From contig CM030332.1 of NCBI GenBank assembly GCA_017654855.1, positions 1,240,001 to 1,304,000 of the forward strand: a stretch of 64,000 nucleotides of DNA, written 5' to 3'. Both the position numbers and the translations under genes were made by a program. Below are positions 1 through 12,964 of the stretch, piece after piece (positions within the stretch are counted from its first letter, which is position 1; every line of letters begins with the position of its first letter). This DNA is from Podospora anserina (lineage: Eukaryota). The notes beneath the pieces were generated by a model. It searched no databases. It had not been told where the DNA came from and worked only from the letters and a program-made list of their open reading frames with translations.

Positions 1-3000
1 GTGAGTATGGTTGATCACCCGTTGAACCACGGAAAAGCCTCTCCGGGGAGGTGGAGTTGCACATCGATAACGGCAAGCGAAGGTTGACACCCTTCATTTG
101 TTACCCACCAGGAGCCTGTACAAAAGATATTGTTGCGGGGTGGTACATTCAGACTGGCTGGGGAGAACAGGCAATCTAAGGGCCGTTGAGCATGATCAGA
201 CGGTATAGATGAGGGGTGTCGATGGTTTTTTTTTTTTTTGAAATGATAGCGTTTTTGAATCTTTATTCCATAGACTCGTTGAACTATCCATGGTTAGATG
301 AGATATTTCAGGATTTCAGTTGATTGAGTGTCATGAGGAGAAACAATTCGAGGCAGTCGGAGCGCTGAGATGTGAGTGAGGCAAGAGCGAAGGCGCAGAG
401 CACTTTGACCCACACCCCACAACAGTTTCATCCACACAGCCCAAGCTAAGGTAAGAAGCTTTGTTGGCAGCACAATGCCCTTTATCCAAGACCAAACACC
501 ACCGATTCCATCTTTCCGTTTCACTTCTGCCTTACACACAGCCGCTCGGATGACAAAGACCTCAGAGTCTCAACGAGGAGCCGTGGCGGTTATGCAACCA
601 ACCCACGCTACTCTCGCAGTTCTACCCGCTGCTCTACCACCAACGAGCAACTGAAAAGACGGCTCTTCTGACACAACAACCTGGATGGACAACACATTGT
701 TTCTCAGTCCACTCCATCTCGCAATAGGCGGTCTACGTATGCAGAGCGGTTCTGTCCATAAGCATTATCTTTCCGAACTGGGATCCCTAGACTCACTTTA
801 TCGCTGTACAATCATATTCTGACAGATATACTATAGCTTTCTCATAATTATTCGTAACATTGGTTCCTCGAGCCAAGCATGATGCCCAGCCAGGTCTGTC
901 ATCGATTATTGCATATCGGAGCTGGAAGAATACCGCCATGCAACAGCACTGTTTGGTACAAGTGGACCTTGCAGCTTTGACTCGCAGAGAGAGCAAATCA
1001 TGTTATCTGCGCTGCAAGCGACAAGCTATCTTCCTGGGGTCCCAAACACCAGCCTCCGTTCGCCCATCGCGCCATTCTGCGGTCTTTCTCTCGGTCGAGA
1101 CCGCAGACGTCGTCGTATTGCTGCCAGCAACGCCATGCACTCCCTCACCCCGAGGCAAACCTGCATCTACCTCACTAGCTCGCACTTGGCTCTGATCTAA
1201 ACGCCACCACCCACGTCAATCCCATTTTTAAGAGCAATTCTGCGCAAGGTTGTGGACCCCCAACCTTCTCGGCAGATCATCTAGACGGAACGGAAGCTCA
1301 CCGTGGTGGCAGACGTTAGGATTTCCGGCCCTGTTCTGATGCGTTTTCAAACATCATCTCCCCAAAAAAAAATGCTCGAGGGGTGCGCGCTGATATGACA
1401 AGTCAAAGTTGGCTTTCCACAACCAATTACCTTCATCCCCCTGTCCCGACAGACTGGTACAGTCGCTGAGCCCTGTTCATAGCTCTGCTGTTGGTTCCTA
1501 GCGCCACCACTCTCCCCTCGCTTTTCATGGGAGAGGGAGGTGGCATATGAGACTGGTTTGACACGAAGTCGAAAGCTGGCATTTTCAGACGGAGGACGTG
1601 TACCACTGACAGACCATATCCTGTTGGAGAGACTCTGGCGTCTTGTCATCCGATCAGATGGGTCGCGCACGGTGATGGGAGCTAAATCCTTCCGCCAATT
1701 CAACCGTTGATGGGGGCTAGGGAAGTGCCACACATGACGTTTGCATGTTGAGCTGCCCTGCGTTGCACATCGATCAAGAAAACCCGTTCCACGAAACCAT
1801 CTTGGTTCTCTCGTTGCTTCTTTTGTCCTCGGTGTGGCTGGCGGTGAGTTGACACTCGCCCGCACCAGGGGTCCACGGACAACTCACCTCGAGTACGACC
1901 TTTCAGGCGCATGTCTGCCTTCCCATTTCAGCTTGGGTAGACACCACAGCTTCACAAGGACCCCCCTGCGTCGTGGCGCCTGATCAGCAAACTCAGCGGA
2001 CAGGAAGGCAACAGGGGCAGAGCGTTGACCATCGTCTGCCAGTCCCACCCCAACCCTCCAAGATGGTTTCATGCAAGCTTGTTGCTCCTTTTTAGCCACC
2101 CATCTGACTAACACCATGCCCTTCTGTACCACACAGTGCTTTCGGTGTTAAGTGTTCGCACATGCCAGGAGACACCACCGCGGCACCAGTGGCTTCCCCA
2201 GCTTCAACGACCTGATCACCCCTGTGTGCGCAGGGTCGATCCCACTGAACCATCACGGTCGTCCCGCGTCTCCACCACCTTTCTGACCGAGTACCCGACT
2301 GGCGATAGTGGAAGGGTTACCATTTCAACGCGAAGGCGACACTGACAGCATCTAGGATTTCTTCGGGAACCATCCAGGCCACCATGGCCGCCTTCCAGCC
2401 CCAAGTCTGAGGGCTCCCAGGGGCCATGATCAGCCGATTCACTCAGCCTTTGTTTCGATGTCCACCGCTAACGAGAACTGCCTCTCCAATGCAACGGCTT
2501 TCAGGTATGGTATTTTCGGACATAAGGGAACCAGGTAAATGAGGCGAAGATTGCAGAAAACGGCGCGCGTGCACACACGATTCCTGGTTCCGGCTCGGCT
2601 GATGTAGTTCCCCCCAACAGTCACCACCACCATGCTCGAGCATTTTAAGCGCCGAACCAACATGCCGCGTCGTGTGAATCGTGTGCGTCTACTACCCTGC
2701 CTACATGACTTTGCCTACCCTCCATCACCACCCACACCCTCAGGGCTGACGACGTTGTGCGTGTTTGCTACCCACACCCATCAAGATTGCTTCTAAAACA
2801 CGCTACTGCAAAATGTGAATAGCCAGCCAACAACTTTTTCAAAACTCCCGCGGGATGACAGAATCTGAGATCTGACTAGGTGCCATCTTCAGCAAGAGAT
2901 TCCATGTCTGTTGATCTGCCCACACAGTACGGATAGGTCAGGGTCTCTACTGTTGCAAAGCCTGAAGAGACCTTCCTTATCCTGGGAAATGAAGCATCGT

Positions 3001-3669
3001 TGCCCCCGTCTCAAGCGCGCTGTTGGTTCATCACGCTTTGATTCATTTGAAAAGATTTACCGCGAGGCCGAGGGCTCTCGCTTGCGGCTGACAATCTTTC
3101 AAGGACAACAACCAACAGAAACAAAATGTCTTGGGCTACTACGACCTTCTTCTTTGGTGAACAATACCCAAGAAATAGTGGAAACTGTAGCATACAAGCG
3201 CCTCTGCGGCGTAAATGTTTGATTGTTACACGTTACACCGCGGCTGAACAAAGTCTGTGATAAACCACGCTTCATGATGTTTGGTTCGTCTCAATACATC
3301 CGGAACGAGATAGGTGGTTCGAGGTGGTAAAAATGCGTAGGAAATCTGACACAGAACCGTGTAGGTAGCTATCAACGTGGAAAAAAAATACGCAAATGCA
3401 AAAACAGGCTGCCGCCTCCCATCTTTCTCCTAGTATAAAGTATGTGAGTGACAATAAATGCGCAAAAAGCAGAGTTGCCAGCCCAGACATTGGAAAAACA
3501 TGCAGCCAGATGCGAGCGAGGTATATCCTTCTAAAGAGCAAAAGGCGGAATCGACAAGGAAAAACAATGAGTCTTTTGAGGGTTAAGCCTGTGTCGAGAT
3601 ATAAATATCAGCATTCTGATGATTTGAGAGAGGTATAAAAGGGAAACATACCACAGACACTAAAAGCAA

Positions 3670-5145
3670 TCACCCTCTTCTCCTACTTGGCGTCGAAAGA
3701 GGAATAAACGACCCGCAGTCAGTGCATTTGATCTCGGCAGGCCGCCAGTGAATTTTCCAGCATTGGCACACCCAAACCGCCTCTTTAGTCTTGCAAAGCT
3801 CAATCAGATCGCCAGGGCGATAGTATTGCTTCCTGATACCGCAGTCAATGCAGAACCGGCGGATTCCCCAAGTCTCTTTGATTCGTGGAGAGTCCGTCGA
3901 TGGCATGCTGCCACCTGCCGCGGTGGAAGACGATGCTGGACTTCCAGTGCTTTCTGCTCTGCTCGCCCGGCGACTATTGTTTGCCGCCGCCGTGACGCTG
4001 CTTCTCGTAAGGCTCGGGTCGTAATGCGGGTTACCTGTCGAAGAGTAGGCCGACACGGAAGACTTCGGCGGCGTCGAGCGAGCCGAGACGGCACCGGGCC
4101 CCGGCGTACTAGCGGAAGAGCCTGTCTCGTTGTTTCCGTCGTCCTCTGGGTGGTTGTTCCATTTGAATTGCTCAAAACACTCCGGACCCTTGATTTGGAA
4201 GCAGTGGTAGCACCCGAATGATCCAGGGTGCTTGGCATCGTACTCCCTGCCGCTTCCACTCGCATTGGAAGAGGAAGCCCGGCCGGGGAAGTAACGGCGA
4301 TAGTATTGTTCCGCATAACGAACTCCAGCAATCTTGTCTTCGACTGGGAGGTTGACAGGGTCGAATTTCTCCTTGAACCAGCGGGAGACTTTGGACACCT
4401 GGAAGCATTCTAGATAGGTGAATGACCTGTGGATCCGGCTGATGATATGGGGAGGCAAGCTCTGCAGTCCCTTGAGAAATGGGGACGGCCCTCGTACTTC
4501 TGGCCGGTATTGGAGCAATGGGGACGTTTGATACGAGTGAAGAGCCGACGATGGAGAGTGGTAAGACGAGGTGGCGAAGTGGGTGAAGTCCAGTCCAGGA
4601 AAGCTCTGCATCGATAGTGGCGAAGGATGGGAGGGAATCGAGCCGACTTGGTAACCGTAGTGTTGCGACTGGGAGTATTGTCTCTGAGAAAGTGACGAGT
4701 AGAGAGTCGCAGGAGGAGCCATGTGCGCCTGAAAATATTGGGATGGGCTCGGCAGCGACAATGTTGTGTGTGCTTGCGGGGTGTAAGACTGAGGTTGAGG
4801 AGACTGCTGGTAGTGAGTGCCGGCTACCAGAGCGTTCCCGATTGCTGAATCTGTCATGCTAGGCACTGGTGATATCGTGCGGGAACTGGTTCCATGCTGC
4901 ATGCTTGGGGGGCTTGAGAGAGATGTCGACGACGACACAGAAGATACAGATGCCGAGCGAGTCTCTGCCTGCTGCTTTGTGGCTGGGTTCGAGGAGGAAT
5001 AATAATTGGACGCATTGAAGGCCACTTCGCGGAGAAGTTCAGGGGTCGAGGATGACAATGGCACTGCCGGAGGCGAAGGAGGGAATACACGGTGTGCAGG
5101 ACCTCCGAAATACTGCTGTTGCGGGTAGCCCGTTACTTCAAGCAT
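3670..5145 (-). CDS. Putative F-box protein with C-terminal Cys-rich (CxxC) region
   Basis: Long ORF with a Ser/Pro/Gln-rich N-terminal half. F-box-like segment LQSLPPHIISRIHRSFTYLECFQVSKVSRWF, followed by CYHC, RRFCIDCG, CQC and CTDC motifs. ATG at 5145 has a good context (AAAACCATG). The frame is open further upstream (ATG 5538, TTG 5745), so the start is uncertain. Confidence 0.7.
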   Translation of the reverse strand: MLEVTGYPQQQYFGGPAHRVFPPSPPAVPLSSSTPELLREVAFNASNYYSSSNPATKQQAETRSASVSSVSSSTSLSSPPSMQHGTSSRTISPVPSMTDSAIGNALVAGTHYQQSPQPQSYTPQAHTTLSLPSPSQYFQAHMAPPATLYSSLSQRQYSQSQHYGYQVGSIPSHPSPLSMQSFPGLDFTHFATSSYHSPSSALHSYQTSPLLQYRPEVRGPSPFLKGLQSLPPHIISRIHRSFTYLECFQVSKVSRWFKEKFDPVNLPVEDKIAGVRYAEQYYRRYFPGRASSSNASGSGREYDAKHPGSFGCYHCFQIKGPECFEQFKWNNHPEDDGNNETGSSASTPGPGAVSARSTPPKSSVSAYSSTGNPHYDPSLTRSSVTAAANNSRRASRAESTGSPASSSTAAGGSMPSTDSPRIKETWGIRRFCIDCGIRKQYYRPGDLIELCKTKEAVWVCQCWKIHWRPAEIKCTDCGSFIPLSTPSRRRG

Positions 5146-8100
5146 GGTTTTGGTTGAAAGGCGTCGAGGTAGAAATGTCAAGGTAGAAGGGTTGTGGGCC
5201 AGGGCTGATAGCCAGGAATGGGAAGGGAACCGGGTCCCTCTTATGAATCTTGAGCGGCTGGCTGCGGGAGCTGTGGTGTTGATGCAGACGGCAGCTGGGG
5301 CGTTGACCGAGTGGTCGGCGGGAGAAGGCTTCGGCACCGGGAGCAGGACTCGTGGATGAAGACTGAATAGGGGGGGCTTTCTCTTCAGGCTCTGCTTGAA
5401 CCGCGACAGTCCAGGAACCTCAACGGCGGGCCCTGCAGACAGGGATGGAGGGGTGAGGGAACCAGATGTGCTGTAGGCTGGGCTGGGGCACACTTTGACC
5501 TGCAGCGGGTTGTGTCGCAACGGGGGAGAGACTTTCATCAAGCCGATTTGAGGCGTCAGGTAGCAGTCGAGGTACCTTATCCACCCGAACAACACACCAC
5601 ACCTTGTCCTGTAGTGATCTGCAACTGATACCTTTGTGAGCTCCTCAGTCGCGTTTTCATTTGGCAAACAAGACAGAGGGACAAGAAACGGATGTCTCGT
5701 TGGAGGACACAAATCAGCCCACGCAGCCCTTTCTAGAAGGGACAAGCGCGATCAGAAATGTCCGGCGACATGGTCTTTTTGAACCCGAGCTTTGATTGGC
5801 ACTGGCCCTGTGAGACTTGCAGGACGAAATCGAGCGTGGCCTAGGCATGACTCTGGACCCGCAGCCCCAAACAGCTCACCCGGGGTACTCTCCGGAGGGC
5901 AGGACACTCACTGTGGTGGTAGCTTGAATCCAGGTCGGCGGGCTATGCGTGAGATGCACGACGAGAAGCTGAAACAGAAATGATATCTCGAAATAGCGCT
6001 GTCCTCGTGAGGAGGTGAGAGACGAGGGAGCAAGCAGGTGACGGGCAAGCAATCAGGCAAACCACATGAAGAGGATGGAATGTGCCGCTCAGGATGGAGG
6101 ATACTCGTGGGGTTTATCCCGTTTCCGCCAAATGGCGCCAGTGAGACTTTCATCGGGCGGTACCTTCCTGGACAAGGGACGTATCGACTAGCCCTACTAG
6201 CCCGTCCACTTTATTACTTCCTGCCCACCTATTGATGCGACAGCAACAACGCAGAGTGCAGCCAGAGAGGTAGGGGGGCATACACAGTTAGGCAGGGCGT
6301 GGTGGTTATGCCAAGTGGACTTGACTAGGGTCCTGTCACGGAGGTGACAACCCCATGCATAACAGATCTTTTTACGCACCGAAGCATGTCAGACTGGACG
6401 GGAAGCTTGTCATCTTGGCTTGCTTTGGCGTGTGGTTTTCGCCCGTCTCCCACACCAGCCAGAGTTGATTTGCATTCATCTACAGAGCGCAGCTGCCATG
6501 TCACGTTCAAAAGGTCCCCTCCTTCCTCTCGCTTCTCACTATCGGTTTGCAAGCAAGGAAGGTGCACACCGCTACGCACGAAATGTGGGAAGGAGGGAGG
6601 GTGGGAACGAAGGTGAGGTGATGAAGTGCGTCGAGTTGCCTGCGCACTGTGTAGGGTTGAGGAGGAAACCTGCCACCCTAATCTCAGGCCATCTCCCACA
6701 CACCTAATGACGGCAACGAACGGTCAAAATCCACTTGCCGTCCGTCAACCCGCCCATATTTTGATCCATGCACAGACGAGGAAAGAAAAAGGGCCACATC
6801 CCGGCAAAGCTCCCACGGGTTGGAGTGTGGAGGGGGAAGGTCGAGCGAGGAAGGAGGTGGTACAGCGTCAGAATCTCAACCCGGCCGATCGCGCGGGGTA
6901 GGGCGTAGGTAACCACCAAAGGCGAAGGACCCGCCCCAAGCCGCTCAACCACAACCCCCAGATGGCAGTCCGGTGCAGATTATGCCCGGGAATGTGGCCT
7001 ATGAGGGAGCGAAGCCTTCCATCCAGAAATAAGCGCACGACCAACAGCATCTTGGCAACCAAGCTGCAGCCAACCAGCTTGCATATATTTGATCCACTGA
7101 CACAGTGTACCCAGACGCTCGGGACGGGCCGCGAATTATGATTGGCGTAGATTTAGGGCCCGAACTGTCGGGAACGCTAATTCAACGTGTGGTGGGTCCC
7201 AGAAAACGAAGGTTTCCAGGAAGAACACATCCCCCTCAGTTTGAAAACCTGTCCTTTTCTGGGTCTCATGCTTTCAAGATTTGCGTGTTCAAGAAGATAT
7301 GCCCTTTGTGTCTGCTGGGAGCAGCGCCTGCCGTTATGTCAAATTTCCCCCGTGAGTGATGGAAAACATAGCAACGAACTCTCCAACAAAAATGAGCTGT
7401 CAAATCTGTCAACAAAACGTGCGGTGCTTGCATCGCGCTTGCCGTACGGGCGGTTTTCTTCCTTCCCATATGTGGCGTGACACAGCGTCATGTCCCGTTG
7501 CCGAGCCCCTGTGATGCTATCCATCTTGACCTCCCCTATCAGCGAAAGAGGATACGCTCGCCCCAGAGTCGTCGACTCGGTTTAGTTCTGCCACAAATCA
7601 CCAAGACAAATATGAGATGATACGGGCCGGTGGGCGACATGATGGGGTAGAATTCGCGGCGAGAGGGCGGCGCAGCTCTTTGGCAAAATCAACGGTTGCC
7701 ACTGATATTTGCCGGCGCCGAGCTTAATCGGATGACACCGTGATGGCTACATACTTGTTCATGCAGTTGGTACCACGACTTTCTTGGGGGCATACTCGTA
7801 GGGCTGGCTGTTGAGGCTCTGGCGCCGTTTCAAACGGAGGACCGAGGTGTCGTGTCATTTCTCCTCAGCTGTGCGGCGTGGGAGTTGGGGACAGCATCAT
7901 GCAGCGCTGACCGACTGCTCCTCCAACCTTGGGAACCATCCTTGGTCTTGGCGATCCAAAATGTCTCTCCTTGTATGCTTTGATCATGGATGGGACCGGT
8001 GGCAGGGGGCCTTGGAAGTGGCATCGACGAGTAAAATTCAAACTTCTGAAAAGGGACGAGGTGGCAGAGCCAGCTATCGACGAACAACATGCAGTTTGCA

Positions 8101-9788
8101 AGCGCTGAACCAGTCTGTCGGGTCCTCTAGCGTGAGAGGGTGCATATCTACTGTTGATGTTGTTGAGATCGAACGTCCCGTGATTTGTCAGAGAACGGAC
8201 TTGCGTCTGCAACCATGTACCACTCGGCGTCGGTGGACCTCGGTTTGTTACATGAGTGAGTTGAGAGATCTGGGATAAATGTGACGTTCTGCCTGTTGTT
8301 ACTGAAATGGAAGGGGGACGGTGGAGAGGGAGGCCTGCCATACCCATGCGCTCACCACTCTCACTGCCATGGCCGCGACGAATGCGGCCCGTCTCTCGGC
8401 ATGTCCACGGCAACTTTTTGTGTGGTTTACCGGCGCCGGTTCAAAATTCACTGCTCGGGGCTGTGTAGCGGGGGGACCGGGGACTAGTGTCAGTAGCTCC
8501 GATCTTTTCCACCCTAAATCAAGTCTCGATATTGCGGCTGCACGGCGGCTACGCTTGAGAAAGCCGTACAAGATGCCTTACTGCAATGACATGACGGCCA
8601 GCAAGTTTCGCTCCATGGCCTGCCTCCAGTAAACCCTTTCCCGAACCTCCGACAACAACATCCGCCGTGGAGTGAAACCTCCTGTCCCGAGCGAGATCAT
8701 TCTCTCAAGATACATCCTCTGATTGGGATAGACGCAAAAGCCTCATCAACGCAGCCGCCGCGCACACCATCCAAATCACAGTTACCTACCAGGCTTCTCG
8801 CCAGATATCTCCTGCAATCACCGCCCCCTGCCCCATATATTTAAGGCTACCTAAGGTAGGCTCGGCTTTTCTTCAACAACGCCACAACGCGGGGTCACCT
8901 CAACCCCCTCGCGGCGCAGCAACCTCACTCGTCAACATCCGGTCGTCGTCGGAATTTAGAACCGGTAGGTTGTAGTGTGTCGTCGAGCGGAGGGCAGATG
9001 GACAGGGTATACCAGGCTTGAAGTGATGTCGGTAAATGGGCTGTGCCTTGCTTTCACATCTGACGTTCCATGCTTGCGGGGCCGGAAAACCCGTGTTGGT
9101 CCGGAGGACGGTGGGGCTTCGGCTTCGGTTTCGCTTCCCCGCGGGGGCTTGGCTGGACGGAGAGCTCTTGCCGCATCGGTATCTTGGAAGGCATCGTCAG
9201 CAATTCTTCGATTTTGACCGTGATTCCTAGGTTTTTTTATAGGTTTTTTTTCTGCATTTGATAAGCAAGAGACGGGCTGATTTTGAGAGTTGATACACTC
9301 CGGATCTTGGTCTGGTCCTGCGCATCTTGATGGCATCCTGTGATCTTTTCCGCCGTTTGATCTCCGGCTCCGGGCTGGTGTGCATTTCCTGATTCCCTTT
9401 ATGGCTACATCTTTCTGTCACAATGGCTTTCGGGTTCGAATTATTCCAGAACAAATAAAAACCCTTCGCTTCAGTTCATTTGGGAGGCTCCCTTGTCGAG
9501 ACTCTTGAGACCTGTTTGGGCGATGGAGATGCGACGGTGACACAAGCGGTGCATTTCCAGGCATCAGAGTTGACAGTTGCTATTGCTTAGTGACTAGCTC
9601 AACAAAAGGAATCCTTTGTGTTGCCGGACGAAAAGAAAGTAAACATTCTGTTCAGATGACCCCTCCTATTCCGACCCTGACCCTAACCCTAACCCACTCT
9701 TTGTCCATCTCCCCTTTCTCCCTTTGACCCTATTTTCGTTTGGTGATATGTTTTTGTGTGGTTTCTCTCTCTTCTCTGGCATGCGGTC

Positions 9789-11341
9789 CTAAGGTGGAGA
9801 AGCTGCTGCCAGTGCCACGGTCGTCAGGATGGGGACCTGTTGTCTCGGTCAGCTTTCCGGTTACTGTGTAAAGAAAGCCAAATGATACTCACCCCTTCGG
9901 TATTATCTGCACTAAAAACGACAGTAGTCCAAGCATCTGCCACCACTCCTCCTGGGACGACCGAAGGTGGCGGGGGGGCGGTAACAGTCACTGTGAGCAC
10001 CCCTCCTGGGACAACCGACGGTGGCGGGGGGGCGGTAACAGTCACTGTAAGCACCCCTCCTGGGACAACCGGCGCTGGCGTGGTCATCGCCGTGTTAATA
10101 TCGCTGGCAACCGGGGATGGAGGAGGAGGCGCGGGAACAACTGTGTCTGGGGCTACCTGGGGAATCACCACCAAGGACGTCGACTCCTGCCAGATTGTGC
10201 TGACAGGCATTCCATTGGAGAATGATGTCACGGGCACCGTCTCAACAAGAGTGACAGTACGGCCTCCTTCCTCTCCTGCTGCTGGTGGAATGACCGGGGT
10301 TGGAGAAGGAGGAGGTAGGGGCGAGGGGGTGGTAGGTATGCTGATGGGGATGGCGGAAATAGTGATTGTTGTGTCTCCGATTGTGGGAGAAGGGGGTGGA
10401 CCGGTGACAATGATTGTTGTGTCTCCGGGTGCGGGAGAAGGGGGTGAACCAGTGACAGTGATGGTTTTCGTAGAGATGAATGAGATGGGCGGTGCGGGGA
10501 AAGGGACGGTGACGGTTATCGTGCTGACTGGTGGTGGTGCCGGGGCTGAGGCGATAACAGTGGGAAGACTTATGGTTATCGTACTAGCTGGCGCGCCGGA
10601 AGGTGAGGCAGTGACAGTAGGGAGAGTGACGGTGATCGTGCTGCCGGCTGCTGTAGGCGAGAGCGCAACAGGGGCTGTGACGGTGATGGTACTTCCAGGC
10701 GGTGGAATGGCTAGAGTTGGGTTGGGGCTAGGGTTTGAGATGGGAGAGAGGATGACCGTCACTGTGTTTACTGGGATCGGCGTGATTGTGACGAGTATGG
10801 GTGTTGGGGGAGGTGGAGATAAGGTGAGGATTATGGGGGAGGGTGTGGAGTCTGAGACAGAGGCGGCAGGCGAGAGAGCAATAGGGGTGCCGACTCGTAC
10901 TGTTGTTGATGCGGCTATCACCGTGGCTGAAGGGGATACCGATGTGATCACTGGTGGACCTTGTGAGACCAGGGGAGACTCCGAAGTAACGACGATGGGA
11001 CCTTGTGAAGGCCCTGAGGAAGGACTGGCCAAGGTAAGAGTAACTGGAGTGGTCGTCAAGGCAGTCACCGCGGATAGTGTGATATTGAGAGATACCACCG
11101 ATGTGGCATTGGCGATTGTCGAGTTGAGTGGACCTGTACCTAGAGGAGGGCTTATGAGCACGCTCGTCTGGTTCTGCGGATCATCTGCTCGGTGGTAGAT
11201 CTTTCGGGGGAAGATGTTGTTCTCGCCATTCTTCTCGTTGACATCTTGAGATGAGGCCCCGTTGAGAATGGGTGCTGGAGCAGCCAGGGTGCCGATGTCC
11301 CTGCTTGCAATGATGTAAACTATAAGAAGTAATAGATGCAT
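9789..11341 (-). CDS. Secreted Pro/Thr-rich mucin/adhesin-like protein; exons 11341-9893 and 9836-9789
   Basis: Hydrophobic signal-like N-terminus MHLLLLIVYIIAS and a Pro/Thr/Val/Ile-rich repetitive body. Intron 9892-9837 (GTGAGT...GCTGAC...ACAG) gives the C-terminus VPILTTVALAAASPP*. Confidence 0.75.
9948..10070. repeat. 54-bp coding tandem repeat, about 2.3 copies (VVPGGVLTVTVTAPPPPS)
   Basis: cctcctggg recurs at 9948, 10002 and 10056 with near-identical intervening sequence. Confidence 0.9.
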
Positions 11342-12488
11342 TTTGAAGGCTTTAAGAAGAGCAGCAAGGCGTCGGTTTTTACAAGCAGCCCGAGAGGTCC
11401 TACTTGGGTTGATCAAGACATGGGACCTTCTTGTAAAGAGTTCAAAGTGAGTGTTTCAACTAAGTACTTTGGCCTGACGTCAAAGGTTACGACTTTGGTC
11501 AGCCTTCCGCAAATAATATATCTGCCTACCTATCCAGCCACTCCAAAGTATTGTCTGCATGATGAAAGACCTTCAGCTCTCTTTTTTGAGCCAAACTATC
11601 CGCGTAATGTGGCCAAAGTGCGTTGTTTTCACGCTTCCGATGAGAAGTTGTTGCACGTGGGAACATCTTGAGGCCTGGAAGAAAGTTAGTATCCAAAACA
11701 AATCGTACTCTCTGAGGTTCACGAAGACTGGACAGGCGGCTCCCAGCATCCGATGTCGAGGAGTTCATGTGCACCGTGTCCTTGACACATCACCCAAATG
11801 CTCCCTGTATAACCAACATGTTGGTTCCTGACGCATCATTTCCGAGTCACCTGTCATGACAAATATCTGGGGATCATGGAAATAATGCTGAAGAAGTATG
11901 ACGAGACATGGGTTTCTGTGGTGTAGGGGGGAGATTTTCGAAATGCGGAGGCAGTATGACACTGTCTAAGGCATCGTGCTGATGTGAATCTCGATCCGAG
12001 ACAACGCATGGCCGGAGATCACCTGTGTGTTTTTGTCAGTCCAGTCCATTCTTTCTGTGTCACCGTACCACAACGTACTCACATGGCAGGTATGGCAAGC
12101 CGGGACCTGTGGCAAGAACATGTAACCACGGGAAATCACATTTGTTCCTGCATATTTGGAAAGTCGGGACGTCAACCGATGGTCGTATCACGGGAGTTTT
12201 GGAGCTCGTATAGGCGGTCCTTGCGTGACAAGTTTCACAACCACACCGAGGGAACATCAACACTCTGAACACGCGGCCAGCAGCCCCATCATTTTCTGTT
12301 ATATCCTTCGTCAGCTCCCACACATGCCTTCCATTGTGTAATATACATTGTTCGATTGCCATCCACATCTTCCCAATGCCAAAAGATGGTCTGAACGTGA
12401 GATGTTGTTGTGTGTCAGTGTATTCCTTGTTGGCACACGCGCCAGTGAGCTTTCATGCCGTAACGCCGCTTATGTGATATGGGTTTGA

Positions 12489-12964
12489 TCAGCCCTGGAG
12501 TATGTAGCTAGAAACTGTTAAATATCGTGCACCCGAAAGAACCGATGGTAATTGAAGACTTACATGCCAACTATGGTGGCCACCGCCAGAGTTATTCCCA
12601 AAATCGTGAGGAATGCAAGCATGAGACCCATAGCTCGCATTTTTCTCTCTTCTTCTTCCTCAACGGTCTCTGTGCGCGGGGCAAAAACACGGACAGTCAA
12701 GGTGCGGCGGGTGGCAGTCGAGTTGTTATTGGTCTCGACTGGGTGGTTGTTGCTCTCAAGGTCGACATGATAGAAAGGGTGAGGAGAACGAGACTCCAAG
12801 GGAATGGAATTCTGATAAACAGCAACAGCCTTGTAGGGGGGGACGTTTTCGGAAGGAGCCGCTTCCTGGATGTTCCTGTCTCTCTCCATTGTCTTGACTT
12901 CCAGACTGTTTCCTGGATGTGGCTGAGAAGTGTTCAGGTTGTGATCTTGCGAAGGAGGCGCCAT
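12489..12964 (-). CDS. Small hypothetical protein with single C-terminal transmembrane segment; exons 12964-12564 and 12507-12489
   Basis: Hydrophilic N-terminal region, then GLMLAFLTILGITLAVATIVG. Intron 12563-12508 (GTAAGT...TTTAAC...CTAG) completes ...IVGIYILQG*. Confidence 0.55.

Noticed and set aside
1-210. Possible last intron and exon of a + strand gene (GTGAGT at 1, CCAG at 108-111)
   Set aside because: Frame and product cannot be determined without the upstream sequence.
9681-9695. CCCTAA telomere-like units (also near 23141-23155)
   Set aside because: Only about two copies, in 3' regions of genes; not a telomeric array.
9756-11198. 480-aa + strand ORF
   Set aside because: Antisense shadow of the repetitive Pro/Thr-rich gene; the - strand has the signal-like N-terminus and a canonical intron.
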